A stretch of 64,000 nt of DNA from Promethearchaeota archaeon (GCA_014728035.1 WJMJ01000078.1:128001-192000), one strand, 5' to 3'. Counted from the first letter of the stretch, positions 19,321 to 30,232 are shown. Notes: generated from the sequence alone by a model not told the origin. Program-made: numbers and translations.

Positions 19321-21347
19321 TCTTTTGAATGTCTGGTTGTGACTGCAACTCCACGATTCATAGCCAGCATTTCAGGACCACTTAGCAATGCCCTCCCAGT
19401 TCCGAGAAGTCTCTTTGCACTGTCCGCTATGAGAACCTCTTCACCTGGGCGTAGATTGGGACTTGCAAATCGTACGAACTTGGCAAGTGCAGATTTTCCT
19501 TTGATGATATATTCTGAAACCTCATCATCAATTGTCACCAGATAATCATCAGAAATGCCGATATCTTGTAGAACCAATCCACCTGCATAGGTAGGTGCTA
19601 AAGTTCCAGTTGTTGGAACAATAGTGAATAGAATATCATCTTCATTCTTCACATGACGCATCTTCCCTGTGCCTTTTGAAATAGAGATTTCCCATTTTTT
19701 AATGACATCAAAATTAACACGAAGATTCCATTGATGCGCCATTATTGCACGAAGTTTTCTTAACATCCAATGCTTTTCTGTCGTTGCTTGAATGTCTAAC
19801 TCTTCAATAACTTCGGAAACAGTTTGTGTGTGAACAATAGCAGATTGCGTATTGATTAATTCATGTACCTTGTTCATTGGATCATTCCGGGATAGCCAAA
19901 TAATCTTCTCAGCAGATATTAAATCCAAGACTTCCTGAAGTTTTTGCCCCACAGAGATAATCGACTCAGTATCTAAATACTCTGGATAGATACACTGTTG
20001 TGCGGGATAGACATGCTCCAACTCCCAGGGAATAACACCCATGGGCGTTACAAACAAGATGAGCATTTCCTCTGCTTCTGTTTTTCTGACTTCTTGTATT
20101 GGAAGAGGTGCAGTTTCATAAAAGGGCCTTCCACCTATATCAGGAAACAACAACATTTGTCTGGTATGTGAATAGGGATATCGATTCTTGACTCTTGAAT
20201 GGAAACGATAAGCTACTGGATGTCTTGCGTTCTCGATTCCAGTATAAAGTATTGAGGTGCTATTCGCTACAGGATATTCCTTCTCAATTTGTTCTACATA
20301 GTGAAGCATAGTCTGTAATGCATTGAATAGATTTGGATGACTTCTTGCCCTAGCTGCAACAAGCTCAAAGAGTTTACCATCTACAATAGCTTGTCGTACC
20401 CGTTTCATTTCACCGATAGTAACATACAGGTTATGACGCATCAAATGGAGTACGCGTTCATCTCTTTTCATCTGATTCATATCATCAGCTGTGAATGAAT
20501 TACAAACTACACACTCACAAGGCAATTCTCGCAGATTACCAAGATGTAAGGTACCAGTAGGAGTTACATAACGATCCGATTCGGCAAATTTGGCGTATAA
20601 AGCAGAATCAAAGAAATCACATCCAAGAAAAGCAGCTTGTGCAAGCAGCATTGGATGGCCACAACCGAAGAGATGAACTGGTCTATTGAATGGAAGATGT
20701 CTTTTTGATGCTAAGGTAATACGAACAATGTCCGAATATCGATAGCTCTCCATAAGAGGGACTACACCTCCAATAGGATGAACATCGAAATCCATAGTAG
20801 CCATCATTTTGGCAGAATGTTCTCGTAAATCAGGAAAGATACCACCTTGTATAGTACCTGCAAGAAGCATATCCTCTTTTCTGCCTACAGAAATCTTTGC
20901 GCGTTCTAATGATTTTTTCACGTCATGTTCTACCTGTTGTCTTCCAACATTTGGTTCTGAAAAGGCGTCAAGTATAGTTCCAATATCTGAACCAATTGAT
21001 TTTTGGAAGTCAACAATTTCCAGTGGGTCAATCTCTTCCTCAGGAAGATTGTGAAAATACATTTGAAACGTCCCAGAATCAGTCATAATAGGGCCGTCAA
21101 AATTAATGAGTCCATGAACACCCTCAGAGAGTGCTTTCTCTCGGAACTTGTCCTTAGATTTGATGATGTAAGAATTTGTTATCACCATTTGAAAGCCGAA
21201 TTCCTCTCTCAATTGGGCAGGTGTAATAGATGATTTGGCTGGATGAATAACTGGCATAAGCAGAGGAGTATGTACCTTGCCATGTTTTGTTGTATAGATG
21301 CCCAACCGTGCCATTCCATCTTTTGCACGAATTTCGAATAGACTCAT
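19317..21347 (-). CDS. tgtA: Archaeosine tRNA-guanine(15) transglycosylase with PUA domain
   Basis: MTDSGTFQ, IGGVVPLME, PVHLFGCGHP, GCDFFDSA, Zn site CECVVC...HN, C-terminal PUA (GVAVTTR). Confidence 0.92.
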   Translation of the reverse strand: MSLFEIRAKDGMARLGIYTTKHGKVHTPLLMPVIHPAKSSITPAQLREEFGFQMVITNSYIIKSKDKFREKALSEGVHGLINFDGPIMTDSGTFQMYFHNLPEEEIDPLEIVDFQKSIGSDIGTILDAFSEPNVGRQQVEHDVKKSLERAKISVGRKEDMLLAGTIQGGIFPDLREHSAKMMATMDFDVHPIGGVVPLMESYRYSDIVRITLASKRHLPFNRPVHLFGCGHPMLLAQAAFLGCDFFDSALYAKFAESDRYVTPTGTLHLGNLRELPCECVVCNSFTADDMNQMKRDERVLHLMRHNLYVTIGEMKRVRQAIVDGKLFELVAARARSHPNLFNALQTMLHYVEQIEKEYPVANSTSILYTGIENARHPVAYRFHSRVKNRYPYSHTRQMLLFPDIGGRPFYETAPLPIQEVRKTEAEEMLILFVTPMGVIPWELEHVYPAQQCIYPEYLDTESIISVGQKLQEVLDLISAEKIIWLSRNDPMNKVHELINTQSAIVHTQTVSEVIEELDIQATTEKHWMLRKLRAIMAHQWNLRVNFDVIKKWEISISKGTGKMRHVKNEDDILFTIVPTTGTLAPTYAGGLVLQDIGISDDYLVTIDDEVSEYIIKGKSALAKFVRFASPNLRPGEEVLIADSAKRLLGTGRALLSGPEMLAMNRGVAVTTRHSKD

Positions 21348-21446
21348 CGCTAATCCCATCGAATTGTTCAGGCAAGCCTCAAAGAACCTTTTGCTATAGT
21401 CTATGTTCAATCCAAACTGTTTAAGAAAGAAGATTTTGACTCAATA

Positions 21447-22733
21447 TTGATGTATAATCCAACTGCACTACTAGTCCAACGTCGAAAATATGACGAACCA
21501 GATTTACTTGATGAATTCGAGGCTATTGCTAAAACAGCAGGTTATTCTGTGATAGGTGCTTTCGATGTGGTATCTCCACCATCCGCAAGATTTGGTATCG
21601 GTAGTGGTAAGGTAGAAGAGATTGCCACGTGGATTGAAATAAACCAACCAGAATTTGTTCTTTTTACACCAATGCTTTCTTCAAGTCAAATATACCGCTT
21701 GATGGAAGCTTGGGATACAGAGGTTAGAGACCGCAATCAAATAATTTTAGAAATATTTGACCGTCATGCTCAGACTCAGCAAGCTAAATTACAGATAGAA
21801 CAAGCTCGACTAAGTTATGAACTGCCATTTGAACGCCATCAAATTCGCAAGAGATTACAGAAAGAACACACTGGAGATCGACCAGTTGCAGAACAAATCG
21901 GAGCTGGTGAAGATCTACTGAATATGCGAATAAAAGAGATTAGAAGGCGAATTGCAAAGATTCAGAAAAAATTAGAAAAAATCGCACAAGTTCAAGAGAT
22001 CAAAAAACAAAAACGAGTGAATAAGGGATTTCTTGAGATTACCTTAGCTGGTTATACTAATGCTGGAAAGAGTACACTGCATAAAGCATTGACTGGTTCT
22101 ACAGTAGAGATTGCCGATAAACTATTTACTACACTATCAACAAAGACAGCTGAAATTGATATCCCAGGTAGACAGGTGGTGCTTTCAGATTCAGTTGGGT
22201 TCATCAGCAATCTTCCATCATCACTCCTAGATGCATTTCATACAACATTGATGGAGATAGGAGATGCTGATGTTATTGTACTAGTTCTTGATGCATCCGA
22301 TTCAGTACAAGAAATGATTAGAAAGGCTAATGCCTCTCGAGACACCTTCAAAGAGATTGGCATCAATGGTATTCCACTGATTGTAGCTCTCAATAAGATT
22401 GACTTGATTGACAAAGAGGATATCGCTAATAAAATAGATATTCTCTCTCCAGAATATAGTCAAATCATACCAATTTCAGCAAAAGAGGAGATTGATCTTG
22501 ATGTGCTTGTGCAGGCAATTGAAGCGGAACTACCTCCACTTTCTTTGTACGAGATCAAACTAGATTATGGGGATGATAGTATGTCTCTTATCTCTTGGTT
22601 ACATGAAGTAGGTGATGTTGAAATCGAAGAATACCAAACTGGAACAATACATGTTGAAGCTTATCTTCCCATTGATATTGCTCGAAAATTAGCCAAGACT
22701 CTTCCTCAGGGAACTTTCTCGCTACTAGAGTAG
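21447..22733 (+). CDS. hflX: GTPase HflX
   Basis: GSGKVEEI, ILEIFDRHA, GYTNAGKST, LFTTL, DSVGFI, NKID. Confidence 0.93.
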   Translation: MMYNPTALLVQRRKYDEPDLLDEFEAIAKTAGYSVIGAFDVVSPPSARFGIGSGKVEEIATWIEINQPEFVLFTPMLSSSQIYRLMEAWDTEVRDRNQIILEIFDRHAQTQQAKLQIEQARLSYELPFERHQIRKRLQKEHTGDRPVAEQIGAGEDLLNMRIKEIRRRIAKIQKKLEKIAQVQEIKKQKRVNKGFLEITLAGYTNAGKSTLHKALTGSTVEIADKLFTTLSTKTAEIDIPGRQVVLSDSVGFISNLPSSLLDAFHTTLMEIGDADVIVLVLDASDSVQEMIRKANASRDTFKEIGINGIPLIVALNKIDLIDKEDIANKIDILSPEYSQIIPISAKEEIDLDVLVQAIEAELPPLSLYEIKLDYGDDSMSLISWLHEVGDVEIEEYQTGTIHVEAYLPIDIARKLAKTLPQGTFSLLE

Positions 22734-22791
22734 GATGTAATCGTCACTTGATAAAACCTATTACCTGTCTTTCACAACTTAGCCTGATTTT

Positions 22792-23460
22792 GTGGTGTGT
22801 CTAATGATAGTTATGGAACTCAAATCCAAAGAAGAGATTCTAAAGATGCTAGTAGACCATCAGAAAGTTGTGCTTTTTGGAGATACTGGTTGTGCTCAAA
22901 TGTGCGATGTTGGGGGTTGGTTACAGCTAGAGGACATGGAAGATTTTCTTAAAGAACATGGAAAGGAAATTCTCGCCAAAATCCTTGTCGAAGGTGGAAT
23001 ATGTGACCATAGAGCACTAAAGGAAGAAATTGAGAGCTATCAGGAAGTAATTAATCAGGCGGATGCAATTTTAGTGCAAGCTTGTGGTGTTGCTACCCAG
23101 ACACTCACTGCATTACTTCCATCACTTCAGTCATTTCCAGCTGCAGACTCCAAATTTCTTGGAGATATGCCAAAAAGATTTCATCATAATGAGAAATGTT
23201 CCCTCTGCGGAGATTGCATCCTACATCTTACAGGAGGAATATGTCCATTGACACGCTGTTCAAAGGGTATTATGAATGGACCATGTGGTGGTTCAATGGA
23301 TGGGAAATGTGAACGAGATGCAGATACAGATTGTGCATGGCAGCTGATTTATGACCGTTTGAAGGAGCTAGACAAATTGGAAAATATCCAAAAGATCTGG
23401 AAATTACGAGATTGGAGTCTAGCAAAGGGGCCCCATGTACTCCAACATGAACAAGATTAG
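22792..23460 (+). CDS. metV: MetV-like protein (methylene-THF reductase small subunit / C-terminal zinc-finger domain)
   Basis: C-x2-CGDC-x5-GGICP-x2-RCSKG-x2-NGPCGG...KCE...CAW. Confidence 0.8.
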   Translation: MVCLMIVMELKSKEEILKMLVDHQKVVLFGDTGCAQMCDVGGWLQLEDMEDFLKEHGKEILAKILVEGGICDHRALKEEIESYQEVINQADAILVQACGVATQTLTALLPSLQSFPAADSKFLGDMPKRFHHNEKCSLCGDCILHLTGGICPLTRCSKGIMNGPCGGSMDGKCERDADTDCAWQLIYDRLKELDKLENIQKIWKLRDWSLAKGPHVLQHEQD

Positions 23461-23588
23461 AATTGGACTGGTCTCAGAATCAATACTGAAGGTAATATTC
23501 TGAGAAGGTAATATCCTATACTGACTCTGTAAAATAGAATTTGCATCAAAAAGTAAAAAGAGAGGATAGGGCACAAGGCCCTATTCAG

Positions 23589-24986
23589 TTAGACAATTTC
23601 TCCAGGAACAATATCATCCTCAAGATAGACTTTTGCTTCACCTTTCACTGGTTGTCGAACTTTCATAAGTAACAATACAGCTACAACAAAGAACAGAAGC
23701 ACCGCGAGAATCGCAGTGAGATGTGCATCCACAACTAAAGAGGGAAGCTGCAGAGGATTAACAAGAAGCAATACACTAGCATAGACAAATGGGCCAAGGA
23801 TAGCTGCAAATTTGCCAGTCAGAGCGTAGAAGCCAAACATCTCTGTTTTCTTTTCTTCTGGAATGAATTGACCATACATACTTCGAGCTGTGCTTTGTGA
23901 TGAGCCCATCCCAACTCCAGCGATAAGACCCACAATCCACCATACAATTTGACCGAAGGGTGTGAGGAAGTATGCTATTAGAAGTGCACCAATCCATATG
24001 AAGAGTGTACTGATCAATGTATTCTTTGTACCAATCCTATCTGCTATCCAGCCAAAGATAAAAGCGCCAGGAATTGCTGCAAGTTGTGTTACTGCAAAGA
24101 AGATGAGAATCATAGTGGTACTAAAGCCATAAACAACCTGTCCGAAGATGGCCGCATAATATATCACAGTGGTGATGGCATCACTGAATAAGAAGTATGC
24201 AACTAAATACAGAGGTAGACCTTCATAGTTTCGAATTTGTTTAATAGTGTTCTTTACACGACGGAATCCCACAGTAATGAGACTTACATTCTCTTCGCCA
24301 GGCAATTTTTTCGCAGGACGGTTTTTCAACATGATGAAGCTTGGTATTGAGAAAACAAGGAAGAATATTGCGCTCAAGAAGAATGCAAGAGTGTAAGGCA
24401 AGTTCATTGCAAATACAACAAGTGCAATGACAATAGTTGCCATTGCCCCTACATATCCAGCAGCAAATCCATATCCTCCAATTCTGCCGATATTATCTTC
24501 TGTGGAAATCTCTGGTAACCATGCATTGTAAAATGGGAGTGCGCCCTGAAATCCAACGTTTGCAATGATGAAGATGATCCAAGCCCATAGCCATAAATCA
24601 ACACCGAGAAATGGTAGGAATGAAAAAGGACCTTCTTCAGAAGGCAAAATATCCGGAAGGAACAACATTGATGCTGTGAAAGCGACGCACACCGCAGTAT
24701 AGAATGCCATAAATTTCTTTTTCGAACCACCAAAGTCAGCAATTGCACCAAGAATTGGGGAACTTAGTGCAATAATTATCATTGTGATGCTACCTGCATA
24801 TCCCCACATCGCATCACCGAGGGTTTCATTTCCAACCAGCAATCGGAAATACAAGGGGAAAAGAGCAGTGACTATGAGGACTGTAAAGCTAGTATTAGCC
24901 AAGTCATAGAGGTACCATCCTATCTGCTCCTTTTTATCGGTAGGAACCTTTTGTGTTTCAGTTTCAGACAAATCAATATCCTCCAT
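23589..24986 (-). CDS. MFS transporter, UMF1/Atg22-like family
   Basis: GWYLYDLANT, SPILGAIAD, EMFGFYALTGK; 12 TM helices. Confidence 0.85.
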   Translation of the reverse strand: MEDIDLSETETQKVPTDKKEQIGWYLYDLANTSFTVLIVTALFPLYFRLLVGNETLGDAMWGYAGSITMIIIALSSPILGAIADFGGSKKKFMAFYTAVCVAFTASMLFLPDILPSEEGPFSFLPFLGVDLWLWAWIIFIIANVGFQGALPFYNAWLPEISTEDNIGRIGGYGFAAGYVGAMATIVIALVVFAMNLPYTLAFFLSAIFFLVFSIPSFIMLKNRPAKKLPGEENVSLITVGFRRVKNTIKQIRNYEGLPLYLVAYFLFSDAITTVIYYAAIFGQVVYGFSTTMILIFFAVTQLAAIPGAFIFGWIADRIGTKNTLISTLFIWIGALLIAYFLTPFGQIVWWIVGLIAGVGMGSSQSTARSMYGQFIPEEKKTEMFGFYALTGKFAAILGPFVYASVLLLVNPLQLPSLVVDAHLTAILAVLLFFVVAVLLLMKVRQPVKGEAKVYLEDDIVPGEIV

Positions 24987-25154
24987 TATTAGAAGAACTA
25001 TATCTTGGAGCTGCATACTGATATATATCAATGGTGAAAATGTTTCATTTGCAAAAAAGGCATGGGCTAGTTTTTCTTTGTCCACATATAGAATATGCAA
25101 AGAGGAAAAGAATATACTTTCATGAGATGTATGAGTACAGAAGAATTAGAATAA

Positions 25155-25229
25155 TGGGGCCCGAGGCGGGAATCGAACCCGCAGCTAGAGATCCACAGTC
25201 TCCAAGGTTACCGCTACCCCACTCGGGCC
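25155..25229 (-). tRNA. tRNA-His (GUG), no intron, G-1 and CCA genomically encoded
   Basis: Reverse complement folds as a cloverleaf: G-GCCCGAG...GGAGA-CT-GTG-GA-TCTCT...GCGGG-TTCGATT-CCCGC-CTCGGGC-C-CCA. Confidence 0.96.
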
Positions 25230-25390
25230 ATAGATTAATGAGTTAGGAAAGCAGCTATGAAAATTGTACTGCTTGGTGAAAGGAGTCGAGCAGTTTGGAC
25301 TTATTAGATTATCTATGTAGAGAGGAAAAATCTACTTGAAGAGAGTCCCTTATTTAGAAGTAAATATAACACAGGCAAGAGGAAAAAGAA

Positions 25391-25948
25391 GTGAAGAATC
25401 CATTTACTACAATCGATAAGTGGTCAACGTGGCGAAATTTGGTCCTGATGATTGTTATTAGTGCAGTAAGTGTAATAATGATGGGTTTTCTTACTCAGAC
25501 ATTGGTCTATGATGTCTATGGTGAAGCATCTATGCCAGATACACAATTCACCTATACGTACGATGAAATTCTTGAGGCTTTCAACATACTAGGAGCTCAA
25601 GGACTTCAAATCTGGTCACAAGTACATCTTCTGGATACAATTTTCCCAATCGGATATTCTTTTGCTTTAGTATTTGGTCTGGGGTTAGGACTTCGTGCAA
25701 CATATCCAGAGAAAGAAACACTTAGAGTATTGACACTGTTTCCATTGATTGCAGCTTTATTTGATTATTTAGAAAACGCATTGATAGCATCGCAGATTGG
25801 AGTATATCCAAATCTATCTATAGAAGTCATTGCAATATCTAGTGTAGTAACAAGCATAAAGTGGATCCTGCTCTATTCTACCTTTGCAGTTGTATTCATC
25901 TTGATGATTATTTGGATTATCCAGAAAATTGCGATTCAACTGAAATAA
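25391..25948 (+). CDS. Conserved 4-TM membrane protein
   Basis: LDTIFP and DYLEN motifs with hydrophobic helices. Confidence 0.7.
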   Translation: MKNPFTTIDKWSTWRNLVLMIVISAVSVIMMGFLTQTLVYDVYGEASMPDTQFTYTYDEILEAFNILGAQGLQIWSQVHLLDTIFPIGYSFALVFGLGLGLRATYPEKETLRVLTLFPLIAALFDYLENALIASQIGVYPNLSIEVIAISSVVTSIKWILLYSTFAVVFILMIIWIIQKIAIQLK

Positions 25949-25986
25949 AAAACGATATCAGAATTTTTACATAAAGAAATGACAAG

Positions 25987-26475
25987 GTGTTACTCATGAC
26001 ATATAGAATACTGGAATTCAACATTGCAATAATTGGACCAAAAGGAGCTGGAAAGACAAAGCTGTTTCCAGAAATTAAAGATGAAATGCAAGCAGAGAAG
26101 ATAGTTATCTTGTCGGAAGTCGAAGCGAATATTCATCTTGTACTTCACAAAATTCACACACCACTTAATGAAGAAAAAATGAATTTTTCAAAATTCGATG
26201 GCATGATTGGAGTCTATGATGCAACATCAGCAGGAACCTATAAGGAACTCAAACAAGCTCTACTTTCCATTAAGGAAGATATGGTGGAAAAACCGCTATT
26301 TGTTGTTGGTAATAAGTTGAATCCTGGAGAGCCATGTGCAACTGAGAATACAGTGAATACTGATATTGGCTACAATAAGCTAATCTATTGTATGTCTGAA
26401 TATGACACAAGAAAAGAGTTTGAAATTCGCCTCAGATGGTTTGCAGCAGACTTGGCAAAACGAATGAAAGAATAG
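25987..26475 (+). CDS. Divergent Ras-superfamily small GTPase
   Basis: G1 GPKGAGKT, 'MIGVYDAT' strand, G4-like VVGNKLN; no canonical DxxG. Confidence 0.7.
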   Translation: MLLMTYRILEFNIAIIGPKGAGKTKLFPEIKDEMQAEKIVILSEVEANIHLVLHKIHTPLNEEKMNFSKFDGMIGVYDATSAGTYKELKQALLSIKEDMVEKPLFVVGNKLNPGEPCATENTVNTDIGYNKLIYCMSEYDTRKEFEIRLRWFAADLAKRMKE

Positions 26476-26560
26476 ATGAAATGCTACAATATGTTTCAAT
26501 CCACAATGATTATACATACCTACTAAAAAACAACAGTACTCCCGAAAATGAGGGATAAGA

Positions 26561-27739
26561 ATGTTAAATGAGCAAGGACTAAGTGAGGAGCAGGTTCTTT
26601 CCAGACTGAACAGCCTTCTAGAAAACGATGCGACATATAGAAGTGGACATCCTGTTGCCTCGATGTCAACCATTCCTCACTCGATTGGTTCAGAAGTGTT
26701 CTACAAGACTATGGAAAAAAATGCAGGACGTCTTCATACATTCAAAGGGTCTGCGCAAGTTGAATGTGAAGTCATTGCTATGATTGGGGAACTACTGAAT
26801 TTAGAAAATCCAGTTGGTTCAACCACCTCAGGAGGTACTGAATCAAATATCTTAGCAATGCTCTGTGCGCGAGAATCAAATAAAAAAATACAGGAACCAG
26901 AGATAATTGCGCCTCGAACAGTTCACTCCTCTGTCGATAAAGCAGCGTGGCTGCTTGGAATTAAGCTGGTAAAAACACCGATAGATAAGGAATTCAAAGC
27001 TAAACCAAAAGCAATACAGAAAAAAATTAACGAGAACACTATCGGTATTTTCACAACAGCTGGTACAACATACCTTGGACAAATAGACCCGATTGATAAG
27101 ATTGGAAAAATCGCACAAGATAATAGATTACACCTTCACGTTGATGCGGCTTTTGGAGGTTTTGTAATACCATTTCTTAGGGATTTAGGTATTAGTCACC
27201 ATCAATTTGCATTTGAAGTAGAGGGAGTGACAAGTGTTAGTTCAGATCCACATAAAATGGGACTTGCCCCAATCCCAGCTGGTAGTCTTATTTTTCGTTC
27301 GAAAAAATTTTTGAAAAAGATAACCAAGAAGATACCATATCTTCAGGGTGCAAGTGCTACACAATCGACAATTCTGGGCACACGCCCAGCAGGAGCTATC
27401 CTCGCAACTTGGGCAGTTATGAAACGACTTGGAAAGGAAGGGTATAGGCAAATGGTTCTACAGTGTATTGAAAACACACAAATTGCGCTCAATAGACTTG
27501 AGGATAATCCACTATTGAAACCAGCTATTAAACCAGTAATGAATATCATTGGGATAAAAAGTAATGAATTACCACTAGAATACATAGTGGAAAATATGGA
27601 GAAAAGAGGTTGGCGAATGGCAACTTCGCCCAAACCACATACTATGAGACTGGTATTAATGCCTCATGTGACTGTGGGAGCATTGAATGCATTTTTCAAT
27701 GATCTAGATCAGGTGTCAACAACAATTCCAGCTGACTAA
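26561..27739 (+). CDS. mfnA: Tyrosine/aspartate decarboxylase (PLP-dependent)
   Basis: SGGTESN, HVDAAFGGF, DPHKMG, LGTRP. Confidence 0.9.
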   Translation: MLNEQGLSEEQVLSRLNSLLENDATYRSGHPVASMSTIPHSIGSEVFYKTMEKNAGRLHTFKGSAQVECEVIAMIGELLNLENPVGSTTSGGTESNILAMLCARESNKKIQEPEIIAPRTVHSSVDKAAWLLGIKLVKTPIDKEFKAKPKAIQKKINENTIGIFTTAGTTYLGQIDPIDKIGKIAQDNRLHLHVDAAFGGFVIPFLRDLGISHHQFAFEVEGVTSVSSDPHKMGLAPIPAGSLIFRSKKFLKKITKKIPYLQGASATQSTILGTRPAGAILATWAVMKRLGKEGYRQMVLQCIENTQIALNRLEDNPLLKPAIKPVMNIIGIKSNELPLEYIVENMEKRGWRMATSPKPHTMRLVLMPHVTVGALNAFFNDLDQVSTTIPAD

Positions 27740-28092
27740 GAGGAGGCACTTAGGTTTGAACGAAGGTCTTCTATTTCTTCTTCTAGATCAGATACTTTTT
27801 CAACCAAATCGAGCATCGTTTCTAACATGACAGAAATAAGCCTTCCAAAGTTCACAGCATAGCCATCCTCACGGTCTATCAATTCAGCTTCTTCAAGTCT
27901 TCTTGCTGCGTTAGTAACAGACTGCTTGGATAGTTTCCTCTCACCTACCAGTTTATTCACCATTTTACGAACATCTTTTGGAGCAATTGGCTCCCCCTTC
28001 AGAGGTTCTAACAAGCTGTATAGTACATGAATTCCGGCACTCATTCGAGGGTTCTTTAGCTTTGCAAATGCAAGCTCCAATTCATCTTTCAT
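27736..28092 (-). CDS. Winged-helix protein with C-terminal coiled coil
   Basis: LSKQSVTNAARRLEEAELI HTH-like segment; heptad-patterned C-terminus. Confidence 0.6.
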   Translation of the reverse strand: MKDELELAFAKLKNPRMSAGIHVLYSLLEPLKGEPIAPKDVRKMVNKLVGERKLSKQSVTNAARRLEEAELIDREDGYAVNFGRLISVMLETMLDLVEKVSDLEEEIEDLRSNLSASS

Positions 28093-28320
28093 ATCTGTGG
28101 CATCCTTCCTCCAGACTTTGTGACAATAGACATTTGGTATATGAAAAACCTTCGTATCCACAAAGAATGAGTGGATACACAGTTTTGCAATTGACTCAGA
28201 CTAGATTGACACTGTACAAGAATAGCTTCTGCAAACTGTGATAAGAAAGCCAGTGTTACTCGAAGAACAATCATTCAATAAAGATGAAAAGCACTTGTAG
28301 TTCTCAGATATTGAGTATCA

Positions 28321-29010
28321 ATGCCAATTCATGACCTAAAACGAATCGTATTTGTCCCTGTTATTCATACCGATACCGAAAGTATCGAAAGAGCCAGACA
28401 GACTGTCAGAGATGTCAAACCTGATGTAGTAGCTGTAGAATTGGATAAAGAAAGGTATAACCAATTGATGAACCAAGACCTAGAAGAACATGACATGCCT
28501 ACTGAAATGTTTGGAGACCCTACACAAAATATGATGAATCAGATAGCTTTACTACTGAGAAGCTTTGGTCAGCAGACAGGAGCTGGTGTAGGTCAAGAGA
28601 TGCTCGCAGCTATTGAGGAAGGACGCTCAATTGGTTCTAAGATTGCCCTTGTGGATAGACCAATCCAAGAAACGATTTATGCTGTTTCACAGGTTCCTTT
28701 GGATGAGATATACAAAATCACTTACTCTGTTCCAGATGCTAATGAGGACCTCCAAAACATGGGAGCTCAAGGGTTTCTATCTATGCTAAAAGATAAAGAA
28801 ACTGTAGATGAGTTGCTCATAGAATTCAGAAAAGAACTTCCAAAGCTGGCAGAAGCTCTTATAGATCAAAGAGATGAATACGTAGCTACTGCACTTCATA
28901 CAATTCTCAATGATGTAGAGGGGAAAATAGTGGCAGTGCTTGGAGCAGGCCATATTGAAGGCGTGAAGCGAGCACTGCGTAAAAAACTCAGTTCTGATGC
29001 CGCAGCTTAG
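28321..29010 (+). CDS. TraB/GumN family protein
   Basis: PDVVAVELD, EMLAA, LVDRPI, RDEY, VLGAGH. Confidence 0.88.
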   Translation: MPIHDLKRIVFVPVIHTDTESIERARQTVRDVKPDVVAVELDKERYNQLMNQDLEEHDMPTEMFGDPTQNMMNQIALLLRSFGQQTGAGVGQEMLAAIEEGRSIGSKIALVDRPIQETIYAVSQVPLDEIYKITYSVPDANEDLQNMGAQGFLSMLKDKETVDELLIEFRKELPKLAEALIDQRDEYVATALHTILNDVEGKIVAVLGAGHIEGVKRALRKKLSSDAAA

Positions 29011-29657
29011 AGACCCAGAGCTTCTAACAGCTTATCAATGCCTTCGCCCGTTTTTGAACTGACACTAAAGACTGGAATAGTCGCATCAACTTCACGAACA
29101 TCTTCAATTAATGAGGCAATATCAAACCCAATTGCTTCAGCAAGGTCTACCTTATTGATAACAACCATATCACTTCGCTTTATTGTCAATGGATGTTTCT
29201 TCACCATATATGGACCCTCAGTTACGCTGACTACAACTATCTTTTTATCAACACCCAAACTGTAACCAGCTGGACAGATTAGGTTTCCAACGTTTTCAAT
29301 AAACACTACTTGATATTTTGTAAGGTCTACTTCATCAAGTGCAACACGAATCATTCGTGCATCCAAATGGCAAGCTGTACCAGTATTGATTTGAACCGTA
29401 TCAACACCATGAGATGCAACACGATCAGCATCAATAGTCGTAGCAAGGTCTCCAGCAAACATCAAAATCTTGTATTTCTGTGATATTTTCTCACAGAGAG
29501 CCTCAATCAACTGCGTTTTGCCAGTTCCAACAGATCCCATTATATCAATTGCAATAATTCCATGTTTTTTGAATAAAGCAGCATTGAATGAAGCGGCATC
29601 TTCATTCGCTCCAAACAAATCTTTTCGGATATCAATGGATAAGGTCTTATCTGTCAT
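29007..29657 (-). CDS. hypB: Hydrogenase nickel-insertion GTPase HypB
   Basis: GSVGTGKT, QINTGTACHLDA, ENVGNLICPA, NKVD. Confidence 0.92.
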   Translation of the reverse strand: MTDKTLSIDIRKDLFGANEDAASFNAALFKKHGIIAIDIMGSVGTGKTQLIEALCEKISQKYKILMFAGDLATTIDADRVASHGVDTVQINTGTACHLDARMIRVALDEVDLTKYQVVFIENVGNLICPAGYSLGVDKKIVVVSVTEGPYMVKKHPLTIKRSDMVVINKVDLAEAIGFDIASLIEDVREVDATIPVFSVSSKTGEGIDKLLEALGL

Positions 29658-30222
29658 CTTCTGATGCCTCAAGTAGTAGTTCTGATTCCTGCATATTAGG
29701 ATAGAGATAGTGGCCTAAGATGGGACGAATTATTTTTCGTTCTAGTACAACTGCAATAACTGCCCAGAAAAGTGCCTGTATCATGTCCATTAGAGCATAA
29801 AGGAAGGTAGTTTCAAAAGGAACTCCAACACCAGCAAACAGGGTCATGCTTGGTATAAATCCGCCAATAAGTCCACCACCTAAAATTGCAAGTAGGGCAT
29901 ATTTCAATCCATCTCGATTCTTTGTTATGTGAACGGCATAACCAGTTCCAAATCCGAGAGCCATATTACCAATAAGCGGAAGAAGAGGAATCTCTCCTCC
30001 AGCTATAGCTCCGCCTATTCCCACAATTGCTCCAACGAGAAGTCCTCCAGGAATTCCTCCGACAACGCCACCAAGTTCAGAAAAGAGAAAACCAGGTGTC
30101 AGCTCTAGAAGACCAGGAATTATTGGAATTCTAATAAATAATCTAACTACAATACCAAGGGCACCTAGAAATGCCAAAGTGACAATTCCAGATGTATTCT
30201 TTTCTAAAGGATATATACTCAT
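29647..30222 (-). CDS. ECF transporter S-component-like membrane protein
   Basis: About 6 TM helices, Gly-rich GGIPGGLLVG helix. Confidence 0.65.
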   Translation of the reverse strand: MSIYPLEKNTSGIVTLAFLGALGIVVRLFIRIPIIPGLLELTPGFLFSELGGVVGGIPGGLLVGAIVGIGGAIAGGEIPLLPLIGNMALGFGTGYAVHITKNRDGLKYALLAILGGGLIGGFIPSMTLFAGVGVPFETTFLYALMDMIQALFWAVIAVVLERKIIRPILGHYLYPNMQESELLLEASEDDR

Positions 30223-30232
30223 TTTGTTTTCC

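Noticed and set aside
23488-23513. Direct repeat GAAGGTAATAT, two copies
   Set aside because: Only two short copies in a convergent intergenic gap; no supporting context
25031-25246. 71-aa ORF on the + strand
   Set aside because: It is the antisense reading of tRNA-His and its flank
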